The position numbers and the translations under genes are program-made. The notes beneath the pieces are model-generated. The model had not been told where the DNA came from. It ran no database searches and worked only from the letters and a program-made list of their open reading frames with translations. A stretch of 64,000 bases of DNA, taken from the NCBI RefSeq assembly GCF_006345805.1, contig NC_043016.1, positions 28,334,001 through 28,398,000 on the forward strand, given 5' to 3'. Positions 24,930 through 36,538 of the stretch are shown here, piece after piece (the stretch's first letter is position 1; each line of letters starts with the position of its first letter). The DNA is from Octopus sinensis. Taxonomy: Eukaryota.

Positions 24930-27900
24930 ATATATATATATGTGTGTATGTATGTATGTATATATATATGTGTGTGTATGTATATATATGTGTGTATATG
25001 TATGTGTGTGTGTATATATATATATATACATATGTATGTATGTGTGTGTATATATATATATGTGTATGTATGTATGTGTGTGTGTATATATATGTGTGTG
25101 TGTGTATATATATATATATGTATATGTATGTGTATATATATATGTGTGTGTGTATATGTATGTGTGTATATATGTGTGTGTGTGTGTGTGTGTATATGTA
25201 TATATATATAGATAAGTTTAAGAGACAGAATCACCCTCAAGCAACTCAATCATCATTGAATGACATTATCCACAATATGTACATGTAGGGCTAAATATTA
25301 AAATTATCAAACTTAATACCTACAATTCTTATTCCAAATTATCAAAATTAATACCTTCAATTCTCATTACAAATCATATACATTACATTATCTTGATTAC
25401 GTGTGTTTCATGACAACATATTCCTCGATATTGTGAAATAGAATGTCTCTATAAAATACCATATTAAAATGGTTATATTGCCTATCTTCAGGTCTATCTT
25501 ATATGAACTTATTTTGCTATTTACATTGTATATTAAGACATGATAAACTAAAATTATATAACTGGAAGTCATTGGAATAATTTTACTTTAGTAAATAATG
25601 AACAGAAATGTGGAATAAGAGTAGGAAAAAGAAATGTTAACTTATTTGTATGGTAACTTTTTCTCCATGAATTAAACATGGCTACCATCAATTGTATAAT
25701 CCAACATAGAGAGCTACTTTGTAGGGGAGATAATTCTTCTTAACATTTAAAAGTTCTTAAATGGGATTTTCTATTATTTATAATAATAATAATAATAAAT
25801 CAGAAGCCATAAGTGAATGTATCATGGGAATGGTCTTTTTTTTCTGGTTAATTTAATTTATTTTTATGTTAACTTTGATAAATAATAAATTTCTAGGTCG
25901 GTAAATAGGTGAATTAAATTACTCAACATATGTTTTAAAATAATTAAAAATATTTTGAACTAAGTAAAAGACAATAAAATTAGTAAGAATCAGTAAAAAT
26001 TTAATTTTTTTAATTATTTTTATAATTATAATACAATTAATATATATTGATTATACTATTATTCTTAAATTTGATGTTATTCTTAAACTTGATTTTTAAA
26101 TTAAGATTAAAAGATTTAGAATAGTACCATCTAATATTATACTATAGATTTTTATTAAGAAACTAAAATATCTGAAATTAGAAGTTAATTAAATTTTTTC
26201 TTACATTTATATATAAATAAGTAGATATATTCTAGTTATACTAAATAATAAAAAAAATATAATTATACCTTATATCTAAAACATTATAAAAGAAATCACA
26301 AAAATAATAGAATCCTTTATTATAGATAATAAAAAATATAATAACATCTTTTCTAAAAAGAATATAGGAGTTGGATATTTGACTACTAGTAACGTAGGTA
26401 ATATTATCTCTAAATAAATAAAAGTTGAATAAATATTATTTTAATAACCTAAATATTAACCCCAATAATAATGATAATTCAAAAAATTGTACATGAAATA
26501 CAAGTACTGCTCGTTTTTGCCATCTGAGTGGACTGAAGCAATGTGAAATAAAGTGTCTTGCTCAAAGACACAACATACTGTCAGGAATCAAACTCCTGAC
26601 CTAACGATTGTGAGTTCAATACCCCTAACTGCTAAGCCATGTGCCTTCACTTGAAATACTGTATATTGACCAGTTATGGATGTTGGAATACAGCAAGGAG
26701 TTACAATGGCAATTTCATCAGTAAAGGCAACAATGACTGCCATTATGTTAAGCTTACATTCAAGATAGATTTAATCATTTTAAGAGTTATTATGTTTTCA
26801 AATTGTTATTGATTTTCATAAAAGAGGGATTTAAATATTTATATATATTTTCTTTTCTTTTTTTTTTTTTTCAATTTATCAGTGGTGTTTCCTGGATTTC
26901 CACCTATGCCGTTATGGGCTCCTAACATGCCTCCACCACCGCCACCACCTCCAGCTCAGACTGCATCTCAACAACAGACAGTCAACCCTGTGTCAACCCA
27001 GAATACTTCAAATACTAGTAAGTTGCTTTATTCATCACTCGGTATTTAACTGTTATTTCTATTTTATTAGTCATAATATTATTTTTAGAAATATTACTTA
27101 TCAAGAGACTTGACCTGAAATCTGTGTTTTCAAATGTTCTTTTAGTGTCTGTTACATATATTGTTTACTAAATACAAATACTTATTCACATTATTGTTAG
27201 TGTAGTAGTATACTATTGGCTATAAATAACTGAGTAACCATTGCGTGTGCGTGTGTGTGTGCGTGTGTAGCTATAAACAATACCCACTCTCTCGAAATCG
27301 CTGGCCTTGAGCCAAAAATTTGGAACCAATAAATATAACTCTTCCGATTATCATTATCATCATTTTGTAAAATAATGCTTCATTAATAAATACCTATCTC
27401 ATCCATGCTAACATGGAAAAGCAGATGTAAAGCAAAAGCATTCTTTTGCTTTACATTGAAGTTCACTTTACTGGTTGTTTATTTATTTATTTATTTATTA
27501 TTTCTTTTTTGCTGTTGTTATTTTACTTTGCAGCTAATCTGTAATTTATAAATGTTCTGGGTCTATTATTTATGAAACCATTGTACAGCTGTATGCTGTA
27601 GATAAAAATAGTCACTAGAATTAGGAGATGAGTGATGATTCACTGGGACAAGGAATCAAACAATGCATAGATGTATTTTATGCTATTAATTAAAGAAATT
27701 GTTAATTTTACTTCCAAAATATTGATGCAAACCATTTTTCTATTTATATTTCCAATTATCTGAGACTGTCACTTAAAGTAACCAAATTATCATTTGTATG
27801 TCTTTTCATTTTTACACCTTCCAAAATGTCTGTTGTTCATACTTAACTCACAATATTTACATCTGTTCCATCACCTTGATCACCACTGTGAATAAAGTTG

Positions 27901-30900
27901 ACTTTGTTACTGACTGAGAAAATTATGATAGTAATAATGGTAGTGGTAGTGATAGCAACAGCAGCTGCCACTAGCATTGGCACAAAACCAGAAATTTAGA
28001 AGAAGGAGAACTGTTGATTATAATGACCCCCTACTTCCTCCACTGGATGTTTAGTCTGCTGGTATTTATGGTATAGGCTGTCTGGTGTTGTAATTGTCTA
28101 GTGTATTGATGTACAAGCGATATATTGATTTCAAATTTTGGTACAAGGCCAGCAAGTTTGAGTGTGGGGGGAGGTATGTCAATTACATTAACCCCAGTGT
28201 TTAACTGGTACTTATTTTATTGGTCCCAAAAGGATGAAAGGTAAAGTTGACCTTGGTAGAATTTGAACTCAAAAACATGAAGATGGACAAAATGTCACTA
28301 AGCATTTTGCCCAGTGTGCTAACAATTCGGTTAGCTTGCTGCCCTAAGCAAGCAATATATTACTAACTAATTATAATAGCATAATTGACTAAGATAAGCC
28401 TGTTGGTTGAACAGCCATATATTAGTATGGCCCTTTTTTCTTTTTTTTTTTTTGTGGACCAACACTATTTGTTGATCTGTTAAGTAATAGCATTGAGGGA
28501 AAAAGTAATAAATATTTTTGTTTATTTGATGGAGGCAAATTAAAATCTCCTCATGCAACATTCTTGTAATAGTTATTTGTGTGTTCCCATATTTTATTTA
28601 GACCAGTGGTTCTCAACTAATTTTTGCCTGTGAAACCATTTGATTCCTGTTTTACTCAACAGGAATCTCGTAGCCATATGCAGTTTTAAAAAATCTCATA
28701 TTTTTATGATTAAAAATTATTAGGAATTATATAAAAAATATAGTTAAAATATTTTATGTATTGAATAACTGATTTATTGTGCATGATTTTTAACAACAGA
28801 ATCTTATGTGGACCCCAGTTGAGAATCACTGATCAAGACTGACTGATTAAATAAAGCACAAAATCTTTAAATCGTTGTGAACGAATAAAGAAATAATGGG
28901 AACATTATTGGAATATCAACTGATGATTCAAAAATATATCTGATTCAAAACCCAAGAATCCAGCTATTGTCCACTGCTTGGTTCACCCATGTAAACCATT
29001 TCCCAGATAACAATATTTTGGTATTTAGTATAAACAAGGAACTATATTAGTTTTATAAAGCAATTTCTGACTTAATGGTTTACTGTCTGTAATTAGTATT
29101 CTTTTTCACCTTTTACTTTTATTCTAATTTTAGCCACTACATCAAATAGTACTACTACAACAACTACTACAGCTACTACCACTACTGCTACTGCTGAACC
29201 AAGTATGTCTGTTCCTGAAAGTCAAGGTTATCCTGGAACTTCTCAAAACAATATGTCATTTCTTAGTTTTCCTCCTTTATTCTCTTCTTTTGGTATGTGT
29301 ATTTTTGATAATAATATTCATAATTTCTCATTTTTTATTAACACGTTTTTAAAACTAGAAAATAAATTCAAGATATAAAAATCACAACTTTTCCCGTTTT
29401 TGGCTACTGTGTTGGTGCCAGTAAGTTGTGCCTTATGTCTGTGTGGTTAGAAAAAGAGAGACTAGACAGATATCATTTTGTTTCAAATATTTTATGCTGA
29501 GGTCTACCGAAAGCTTATCACTGTCTTATCTGAGTATACAGGGTTAGCCAAAAGTCACCTGACAGTAAATCAGAACCATTTAATCCCAAGATTTATATAT
29601 GTTTAACGACTGAAGGAATTTAATAAAAGCATTTAAATATAAAACACCATGTCAATTATTCAAACTGAAATCCTTCTTGAGCGACACTTTTCTCCATTCG
29701 AGTCAATACAGAATTACAGATAGTATTTATGGAATTTTGATTTACTGTTGGGTGACTTTTGGCCAACCCTGTATAACTTGCCATGTTTGTACAAGGACCT
29801 AACAATGAATTCTGTTTGCATGGACCTAGTTAACCCTTTAGCATTTAAACCAGCTATATCTAGTCAAAATATTTTACCTGTTTTATGTTCATACTGGCCA
29901 GATCTGGCTTCTTGCATCTACCCTACAATGTCATTCTAAAAATAAACAGTGATATCATTGAAATGCCAAAACTACAAGGTAATGCTTCATTAATTCAAAA
30001 CAATGCAATTAAAACAAACATTACATTTGACAGATTAATCTGAATGCTAAAGGGTCAATTCTGCATGCTGATCAAATACTTGATTGACTCCCAGAAATTC
30101 AGTAACTGGAAAAAAAGCATCTGGCAACTTCTTTTGATTTATTGAACTCTGTACAATCATTTCTATTCTTTTGTTCTTTTACTGCTTCTGGTTATTAAAC
30201 CATGGTCATGCTGAGGCACCAATGGAAGTGGTATTTTGTCATCAGTACTTTGACTTGTACCTATTAAAAGTTAACCTGGGCGGGATTTGAAATCAGAATC
30301 TAAAGGGTACTGATAAAAAATGCTACAGTATTTTGTTTGGCGCTTTTGATTCTGTAACCACTAGCCATTTAATATTGATTTTCGTTTAATTATTGTCTAT
30401 TAAATATATGTACTGTGGAGGCACATGGCTTAGTGGTTAGAGTAGCAGACTCGAAGTCGAGGGATCGCGGGTTTGAATCTCAGACCGGGCGATGTGTATG
30501 TTTATGAGTGACACCTAAGCTCCATGTGGCTCCGGTAGAAGGTAATGGTGAACTTCTGCTGACTATTTCAACACAACTTTCTCTCACTCTTTTCTCTTGC
30601 ATCTAGCAGTTCACCTGCATCAGACCATTGTCCCATCCAGGTGGGGAACCGGTATGCCAATGAAACCGGAAAACCAGCCCTTATGAGCCAGCCATGGCTC
30701 GCAAAGGAACAAACAACAACAACAACAACAAATATATGTAGTTGGGGGCAGTAACAGTGTAGTGAATATAACCCTAGACTAGATATTTACACCGTCTCCT
30801 TAAGGGAGTTTCACTTTAATTTCTGCTTGCATCCTTTCAAGAAGAAAAAAACTTGATTCCTTTATTATTAATTTTTGTTGTTGTTGTTGCTCTGCTTTAT

Positions 30901-33900
30901 TCTTCATGGTTAGTTTTGAACATAAGTTTGTATATAATAAATAAATAAAATTTTTATTTTTATTTGAAATATTATTTTCATTTTCTTAAACTGTGAATTC
31001 AGTTCTACAGAATCAGTCTGTACTATCTGGCCTATCTACTGAGGAATTGGCAAGTTTGGAAGGTCAGGAACGGTGTAATATTGAAGCGCGAATCCAATGG
31101 CTCAGAGATATACAAACTTTACTTGATGGTGCCATGGTACTTATGAATCAATATAACCAAGTGGCTGCACATTCGGGGTATATATGTCACTTCTTAATAG
31201 CATTTTCAATGTGTGTTTATGTATGCTAATTGGTTACATGTGTTATCCTACATGCTTTGAAATATCTTTTAGATAATGGCATTTCAGTTATTGGTATGTG
31301 TGTTTGTGTGCGTGTGAGAGAAAAACAGACTTTTTTTGGTTTCTGTCTACCAAATCCACTCACAAAATTTTGGGTGGCTAGAAGTAGATGACACTTATCT
31401 AAAGTGTTGCATAGTGGGACTGAACCTAGAGCCATATATCCACACAACCATACATCCATACCTGCAGTAACATTCAAAAGTTGAGAAAGATCAGAAAGTA
31501 GTTATAAATTTTGTTAAATATCATCATGCTTGTAATTTATATACTTTATATTTTGATTTTGATTAAGACAGTGCAGGTGCCACTTAAAAGCACCCAGTCC
31601 ACACTGCAAAGTGGTTGGTGTTTGGACGGGTATCCAGCTGTAAAAACCTTGCCACATAAAAAGTACTAAGTCTACTCTGCTGAGCGACTGGTGTTAGGAA
31701 GGGCATCCAGCTGTAAAAATCCTGCCAAAACAGTCACAGAAGTCTGGTACAGGCTTCTGCCTTACTGGCTCTTGTCAAACCATCCCACCCATGCTAGCAT
31801 GAAAGGCAGATGTTAAACAATGAAAACGATAAGACAGTTGACACCTCTCCTTTGCACATCTTCATATTACTGTCAAAGAAATTCTTTATACCTGCTTCTA
31901 TTGCGGATAAGTAAGATATGTAGAATGAGTGATTCCAAAGATAACTTGTTTTTTAAATAGCAGAGATAACAATGACAATGGTAGTTGCTGATGTTGTTAA
32001 GTCTTATATAGACACAAGGCTAAAAATTTGCAAGGAGGGCTTATTTCATTAAATCTATCTCAGTACTTGAACTGATACTATTTTATCAACCTCAGAAACA
32101 TGAACGGTAACATTGACCTAACTAAGTTTGAACTATTGGAATAGATATCATAAAACATTTTGTCTGATGCTCTACTGATTCCATAAATCAAATATCCCAG
32201 ATGATGACAATAATGACAACAGCATTAGCAAGCTACCCATTTTAGGAGAGGTGTATAGTTATTTGAATTGATTCCAATATGTGATTGGTCCATATTTTAT
32301 AGGCCAACAAGTATAGAAGGTAAAGTTGACTCCAGCGAGCATTAAATATAGAATGTAGAAAAATGTAACTAAGTGCTCAAACACTCTCCATAGTTTGCCA
32401 CTTCTATTATATTTTCCCTATGAAAAGATTGCTAATTTTCAAACTCCAAAGATTATAAGGTCAAATGAATGTGTTTTTATTTTATTATAACAGCATTCAA
32501 GGAATTTCTATGTTGCCAAGGAATGTTGATCAACCAAATACATCTTCTCATACCAAAGACCACAGTGTATCACAGAACCAGCTGTCTAATAATGAGTCAG
32601 CGGAAAAGCCAAATGAAAACACTCCTAACAAATCTGAAGATTTAGGTACAATTTTTGTTGTTTTATATTTACTAGGGGAACCCCTTAAATCTATGCTGGC
32701 TATGGTGGTGTAAATATTGATTTTGCCCTTTAACATTTAAATTGGCCAGACCCAGCTTCTCACACCTACTCTACAATATCATTCTAAAAAGATAGTCTTA
32801 TCATTGAAATCTTGAAGTTACAAAATAATGCATGATTAATTCAAAATAATGTGTATACATAAGCATTACATTTGATAAAGTAATCTGAATGCTAAAGGGT
32901 TAGGGCAAGTGGAATGACAGACATTATTTCTTACTAGCTGCTGTCTAATTTTACCTCGGTTGGTTACTGGAGTTTAAGTTTATATTAATGTATAGATGTT
33001 TGAATTAGATAGAGAAAAAGTTTTAGTACCTGTTAATTAAATTTATGCAATCTGGTAACAATGTTTTAAGTCTGTCAAATATAAATTTGCAGCAAGTTAC
33101 AAGGAGACAAAAGTTAAATCAGGAAGAACTTCTTTCTGGAAATGAAATGCAAACACGAGTTTTATGTGTTGTATTGTAATATAGTAATAAGAGATTTATG
33201 TTTCTCATAGACAGTGAGGAATTAGGGTAATTAGTGGCATTCATAACTTGCCCCAAAGTACCAGTATTGTGAAATTTCTTTGTGAATCTATTAACTAGGC
33301 TTACAATAATTACTCAGCTTGCTCAAATTCAGAGAATTGAAGAGGATATTCAAATATATTATACTCAGTGTATGACTGGTATCTATTTTATCAACCCCAA
33401 GAGGGATCGTCAGCAAAGGTGGTTTCAGTAGAATTTGAGCTGTGAATATAATAAATGAAACTAATGCATAATATGTATTATGTCGCAACACTCTTGCTTC
33501 TGTCAGTTCATCAGTCTTTACTGACAACAAGGAGGGAGCCTTGTGTGGTTGCTAGATATAGCAGCCAAATACTCCTTGAACTACATTCTACCATTAAACA
33601 AAAAGCAATGTAGTTCTCCATAATCTTTCATAAAATAAGACAATCATGGTTGGGATGTCTTTGACCATAGTTCTGTTTAATCAAGGCTGCCCTGGGATAA
33701 AACAACAATAAAAAGCTAGTGAGATATTGGTTTCTAACATTGGCACATCATTGTCATCATCATTTAACATCCATTTTCCATGCTAACATGGTTGGGACAG
33801 TTTGATGGGAGCTAGAGAGATGTCTGTTTTGGCATGGTTTGTACAGCCAGGTGCCCTTCTTAATGCCAACCACTGGCTACAGTTTATGTGGTGCTGGCAT

Positions 33901-34727
33901 GTATGCTTTCATGTGCACTGGCACGGGTGCTTTCTATGTGACACTAGCATAGGTGCTTTTCTACATGGTATCAGCACAGGTGCTTCCCTAATGGCACTGG
34001 CACAAGCGCTATTATGTGACACCAAAGTGGGTGTCTTTTACTTAACACCAGCACCTGTGAGCCTGCAAGACAAAGACCTCTCAGCTGAGAGAGGGAGTTG
34101 GGAACATGGCTATAAAGGACATACCTGTATGTATAGATTGGTAGCAGGGAGGGATTGATGATTGCTGATGGCAAAGACATTTAGTTTTGTTTCTATCTAT
34201 AGGACTTGTTATGACTGAGATGATGGAAATATAGTAATAGAACTACTTTGGTTGTGACTATGATCATGGATGTATTTTGGTTATGACTGAGGTGATGAAC
34301 ATGCAGTGATTATGACTGAGGTGATGAATATAATGTAGTTATGACTAGGATGCAAAGGAATCATCAAAAGCCAATTTGCTTGTGTGAAATCATTTGAAAA
34401 TAATAATAACTAACAGACAATTGGTAGTAAATGTTGTAAAGCAATAACTTTACCAAATCTCACTGCCATACATAAACAGAATGAAGGCATTATAGTTTTA
34501 ACTCTATTAATGTCATGCACACACACACAGATTACATGTGTGTACATTCAATTCTGTGAAATTCTCTGTGTACAAAGACTAATTTCATGTATATTCCACT
34601 TCTAGATTACCTTGATTTGGAAGGTGCTACAGGTGAAACTCCAAAGAAGAGTTCCAGTTCACCAGAAGCTGAACTTCGAAGAAGACGTTTGCAACACTTT
34701 ATTTCTCAATCCAATGAAACCAAGTAG
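6850..34727 (+). CDS. SYVN1: E3 ubiquitin ligase synoviolin/HRD1, spliced (13 coding exons in window, 5'-partial)
   Basis: Phase-consistent GT-AG exons join to 1716 nt (571 aa + stop). They match HRD1 throughout: [44 protein letters not shown]2 [54 protein letters not shown]-terminal ELRRRRL. The first ~44 codons were not found in the window. Confidence 0.97.
7703..7855 (+). CDS. SYVN1: SYVN1 exon ([14 protein letters not shown]...LAEDRVDY)
   Basis: tgtag|CAT...TAT|gtaag; 153 nt. Confidence 0.96.
8125..8173 (+). CDS. SYVN1: SYVN1 exon ([16 protein letters not shown])
   Basis: ttcag|ATG...ATG T|gtaagt; 49 nt. Confidence 0.93.
9720..9823 (+). CDS. SYVN1: SYVN1 exon ([11 protein letters not shown]...[12 protein letters not shown])
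   Basis: ttcag|CT...GAG|gtaaat; 104 nt. Confidence 0.95.
10056..10545. repeat. Degenerate ~70-75-bp minisatellite (about 5 units) interrupted by a SINE fragment at ~10316-10455
   Basis: Recurring aaacctta(g/a)a..gacacaccact(c/t)ta(t/c)ataa near 10056, 10126, 10203, 10277 and 10468. Confidence 0.6.
10624..10750 (+). CDS. SYVN1: SYVN1 exon (YAILLTVV...[22 protein letters not shown])
   Basis: ttcag|TAT...ATG G|gtaac; 127 nt. Confidence 0.96.
12223..12620 (+). mobile_element. tRNA-derived SINE (same head as the 23903 copy), degraded
   Basis: ggtgcaggtgtggttgtg...ggattcagtccc...caagtgtc...agccttgtgattggatttggt. Confidence 0.65.
12766..12865 (+). CDS. SYVN1: SYVN1 exon (GLIKVLLY...[18 protein letters not shown])
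   Basis: ttcag|GA...AG|gtaaat; 100 nt. Confidence 0.96.
12898..13045. repeat. Compound trinucleotide microsatellite (CAT)n-(TAT)n-(TGT)n
   Basis: Directly visible. Confidence 0.95.
14270..14460. repeat. ~42-bp tandem repeat (about 4.5 units) adjoining an RTE-type tail
   Basis: Unit gagtgttgggcctcatggaggcaaagtggctgagttcctttc; produces repetitive ORF 14271-14579. Confidence 0.8.
16187..16410 (+). mobile_element. tRNA-derived SINE
   Basis: A/B-box-like head ggggagcttagtgattaagg...tttgattcctg; CORE-like tgcgatggaccagcattctatccagg. Confidence 0.55.
16761..16826 (+). CDS. SYVN1: SYVN1 exon ([22 protein letters not shown])
   Basis: cacag|A...TT|gtaagt; 66 nt. Confidence 0.95.
17151..18485 (-). 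mobile_element. 5'-truncated RTE LINE with expanded GC-rich VNTR in its 3'UTR
   Basis: ORFs 18271-18489 and 17990-18319 are a frameshifted RTE RT C-terminus nearly identical to 2331-2876; family tail at 17151-17298. Confidence 0.9.
17292..17945. repeat. 61/62-bp GC-rich minisatellite, about 10.5 copies
   Basis: gcttttac starts at 17296, 17358, 17420, 17481, 17543, 17605, 17667, 17729, 17791, 17852 and 17914. Confidence 0.95.
18486..18663 (+). mobile_element. RTE-family 3' tail in opposite orientation, fused to the 5' junction of the previous element
   Basis: gcacccactacactctcggagtgg...aaacgatgatgatgat followed by (TA)n. Confidence 0.85.
19330..20200. repeat. Purine-rich (GA) low-complexity tract
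   Basis: Strong strand purine bias; gives spurious F/S/L-rich minus ORFs. Confidence 0.6.
20509..20789 (+). CDS. SYVN1: SYVN1 RING-H2 exon plus start of Pro/Gln-rich region
   Basis: tacag|A TAT CCA GAT...AAC A|gtaagt; 281 nt; lies within supplied ORF 20465-20857. Confidence 0.97.
20856..21420 (+). mobile_element. GC-rich, structured segment resembling an RTE 5'UTR (internally deleted or non-autonomous copy)
   Basis: Abrupt GC rise versus intron; gcattacgtttggcaccagcttgg motif recalled from RTE 5' regions; no ORF. Confidence 0.45.
22230..22930 (+). repeat. Two ~220-bp direct repeats (22230-22468, 22711-22930), Penelope pseudo-LTR-like
   Basis: Shared ctaaaataagtcagaaaccatg...agggcttcctatgatggaaacctcttaatgtgtttaaatgta. 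Confidence 0.8.
22945..23841 (+). mobile_element. RTE-family 3' end (CT-rich UTR, conserved tail, (GAT)n)
   Basis: Tail gtggcacgtaaaaagcacccactac...aaacagacgttaaacgatgatgat; 5' boundary approximate. Confidence 0.7.
23903..24312 (+). mobile_element. Near-complete tRNA-derived SINE with CR1-like 3' tail
   Basis: A box ggctgtgtggt, B box gggttcagtccc; ends ggcggtgctccagcatggccgcag...gtaaaagagtaaagag. Confidence 0.85.
24435..24788 (+). mobile_element. 5'-truncated RTE-type 3' end encoding degenerate C2H2 zinc fingers
   Basis: ICWACGR*CNSAGLK*HEKVH and [24 protein letters not shown], followed by gtcatactcgataacgagggggcagcc(atc)n. Confidence 0.6.
24790..25211. repeat. (TA)n/(TG)n compound microsatellite
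   Basis: Directly visible. Confidence 0.97.
26883..27017 (+). CDS. SYVN1: SYVN1 Pro-rich exon ([24 protein letters not shown]...)
   Basis: tttatcag|TG...ACT A|gtaagt; 135 nt, phase 1/1; resembles human GMFPLWPPM region. Confidence 0.88.
28604..28831. mobile_element. hAT/Charlie-like MITE
   Basis: TIRs CAGTGGTTCTCAAC / GTTGAGAATCACTG; 8-bp flanks ATTTAGAC / ATCAAGAC (6/8). Confidence 0.75.
29134..29292 (+). CDS. SYVN1: SYVN1 Thr-rich linker exon
   Basis: tttag|CC...TTT G|gtatgt; 159 nt, open and phase-compatible, but low complexity so homology is weak. Confidence 0.78.
29539..29771. mobile_element. Tc1/mariner-type MITE
   Basis: ~33-bp TIRs CAGGGTT(A/G)GCCAAAAGTCACC..ACAGTAAATCA with TA on both sides. 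Confidence 0.85.
29834..30054. mobile_element. piggyBac-like MITE
   Basis: TTAA|CCCTTTAGCATT ... AATGCTAAAGGG|TCAA. Confidence 0.75.
30413..30729 (+). mobile_element. Full-length tRNA-derived SINE with (CAA)n tail
   Basis: tRNA-like head ggaggcacatggcttagtggttagag...gggtttgaatctc; 11-bp TSD aaatatatgta at 30402-30412 and 30730-30740. Confidence 0.85.
31003..31177 (+). CDS. SYVN1: SYVN1 exon ([44 protein letters not shown])
   Basis: ttcag|TT...GG|gtatat; 175 nt; conserved C-terminal helical segment. Confidence 0.93.
32494..32645 (+). CDS. SYVN1: SYVN1 penultimate coding exon
   Basis: aacag|C ATT...TTA G|gtacaa; 152 nt, phase 2/1 fits neighbours. Confidence 0.78.
32726..32899. mobile_element. 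Second copy of the piggyBac-like MITE
   Basis: ccctttaacatt...aatgctaaagggtta; internal sequence matches 29834-30054. Confidence 0.7.
34606..34727 (+). CDS. SYVN1: SYVN1 last coding exon (...[20 protein letters not shown])
   Basis: tctag|AT TAC...TAG; contains the conserved ELRRRRL p97-binding motif. Confidence 0.93.
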
Positions 34728-34845
34728 AACTTGTCAAATTCCTTTCTCTGTATAATACTGTACATATAAATATATGCAATTTAAGCCCCATCTTGCTTAT
34801 TTGTTAAAATCTTCCCAACATTTGCCCTCACTGCTACAGCAATTT

Positions 34846-34876
34846 TGTTATTATTATTATTACTATTATTATTATA

Positions 34877-34911
<35 letters not shown>

Positions 34912-34995
34912 TATTATTATTATTACTATTATTATTATTACTACTACTACTACTATTATTATTATTATCATTATTATTATTATTATTATTATTAT
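34846..34995. repeat. (TAT)n/(TAC)n microsatellite in the putative SYVN1 3'UTR
   Basis: Directly visible. Confidence 0.95.
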
Positions 34996-35779
34996 ATTTT
35001 AGCTTAACTTTTATTAAATCTAAAATATAATTATTTGGAAATGGTTTTGAAGTTGGAATGTTTCTGACTTTAAATTTAAATTAAAATTAAAAACATTTTT
35101 TTTTCTCTCCACATTTTTCATCTTTTTCTTTTGAAGAAGTTGATTATTCATACTTTCAGAAGAAAGTAGTCTTAAAGAAAACAGGAAAAAAAAAAGAATT
35201 TTTTTCTATTTTTTTTTTTTAACTATGTAAAAAAAATAATTAAAAAACAAAGAGAAAATTTCCCGAAAGATTCAGTATTGGTGAAAAAAATGAACTGACT
35301 GAAATATTTTTTTATGACATCTTTTAACAAATTAAAAGTGGTCTTTCGTAATCCTATACATCGGTTTACTAAAGAAATTCCTTATATTTATTTAAAAAAA
35401 ACAACAACAACAAAAACACTTAGATTCCTTATTTAAGCTAATGGTGTGTCTAACTATGAGTATAAAAGACAATCAGGAAGCTTTTGGTCAAATTAAAATA
35501 AAATCTTGTATCTCTCCTTTAAAATCTGGTTCACTTATCATAAGCCCCTGCCATATTCCTCATTTAAATCTATTTAACAGGGTTGAAAGTTGCAACACTA
35601 CAAATGTCCGATATTTTTGTGATCATCCTTTTATTTTTATTTCTATTTATTATGTGTATAGAGTCATTTGTTTTGAAAGTTATGTCAATGCCGGAGATAT
35701 GTCTTGTCCCTTAATCGATATTTATATTAGCAGCTACTAACTTACAACATTAGTACTGTAATTGTTTTATTTCTCTCAA

Positions 35780-35785
35780 AATAAA
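35780..35785 (+). promoter_or_regulatory. Candidate SYVN1 polyadenylation signal (alternative AATAAA at 35497-35502)
   Basis: AATAAA about 1 kb after the stop, followed by GT-rich sequence; untested. Confidence 0.3.
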
Positions 35786-36461
35786 ACTTCAATATTATCT
35801 GTAATTTGTGTCAAGTTTTAGGCGGGTGATTTTTGTTCTTAAATTTGTCCAGTTCTAATGCTACAAATGTTGGTATATATGGCTATGTGCTTAAGAAGTT
35901 TGTTTTGCAACATTCAATCACATTACATGGCACCTTAGGCAAGTGTCTTCTGCTAAAGTCTTGGGCAAACTGAAGCCTTGTGAGTGAATTTGAAAGACAG
36001 AAACTGAAAGAAGCCTGTTTGTTGTGTGTGTGTGTTTATTGACATATCACATACTCATAAAATGTTTCTGTTATATAATTGGTGTTGTTTGTTTGCAATA
36101 TTCTGTGGTAAAAGATATCCAGACTACAGGAAAACATCACCTTGTTTGGAAACAAGAGGGTTGGTAATGAGAAGAGCATGATATAGTCTGCCTTGGTAAA
36201 TTTTGTCTGAACCATTCAAGCAACAACAATGATGATGATATGTGTATATGTATGTGTGTGTATATATATATATATACATATATTTATGTGTGGACATATG
36301 TGTATATATGTATATGTGTAATAATTTTATATTCAAGTCTACACCTTGTAGTATGCTGTTTCAAGCCAGTTCAAAGTATTCAGTAACACACTACAACTAC
36401 CAAAATGTATTCTAACAGAAATAAGCAAGACAGATTAAAGAATGAGGTACTTTTTGATAAG

Positions 36462-36538
36462 TCACCAGATGAGACACATCTGCACGTATGATGCACCACA
36501 AGGAACTGGTGCACAATGGGTTGAAACGACCGTAGTGA
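36462..36538 (+). ncRNA. Degenerate type I hammerhead ribozyme motif at a Penelope-like end
   Basis: TCAC-CAGATGA-GAC..GTT-GAAA-CGACC-GTA-GTGA, then aataaa; U4>A substitution. Confidence 0.45.

Noticed and set aside
24707-25288. Long I/Y/C/V/M/H-rich ORFs here and at 38275-39239, 58490-59140, 59674-59962 and 62466-63382
   Set aside because: Translations of (TA)n/(CA)n microsatellites, which lack stops in several frames
30417-30495. tRNA-like sequence
   Set aside because: Head of a TSD-flanked SINE; no proper acceptor stem
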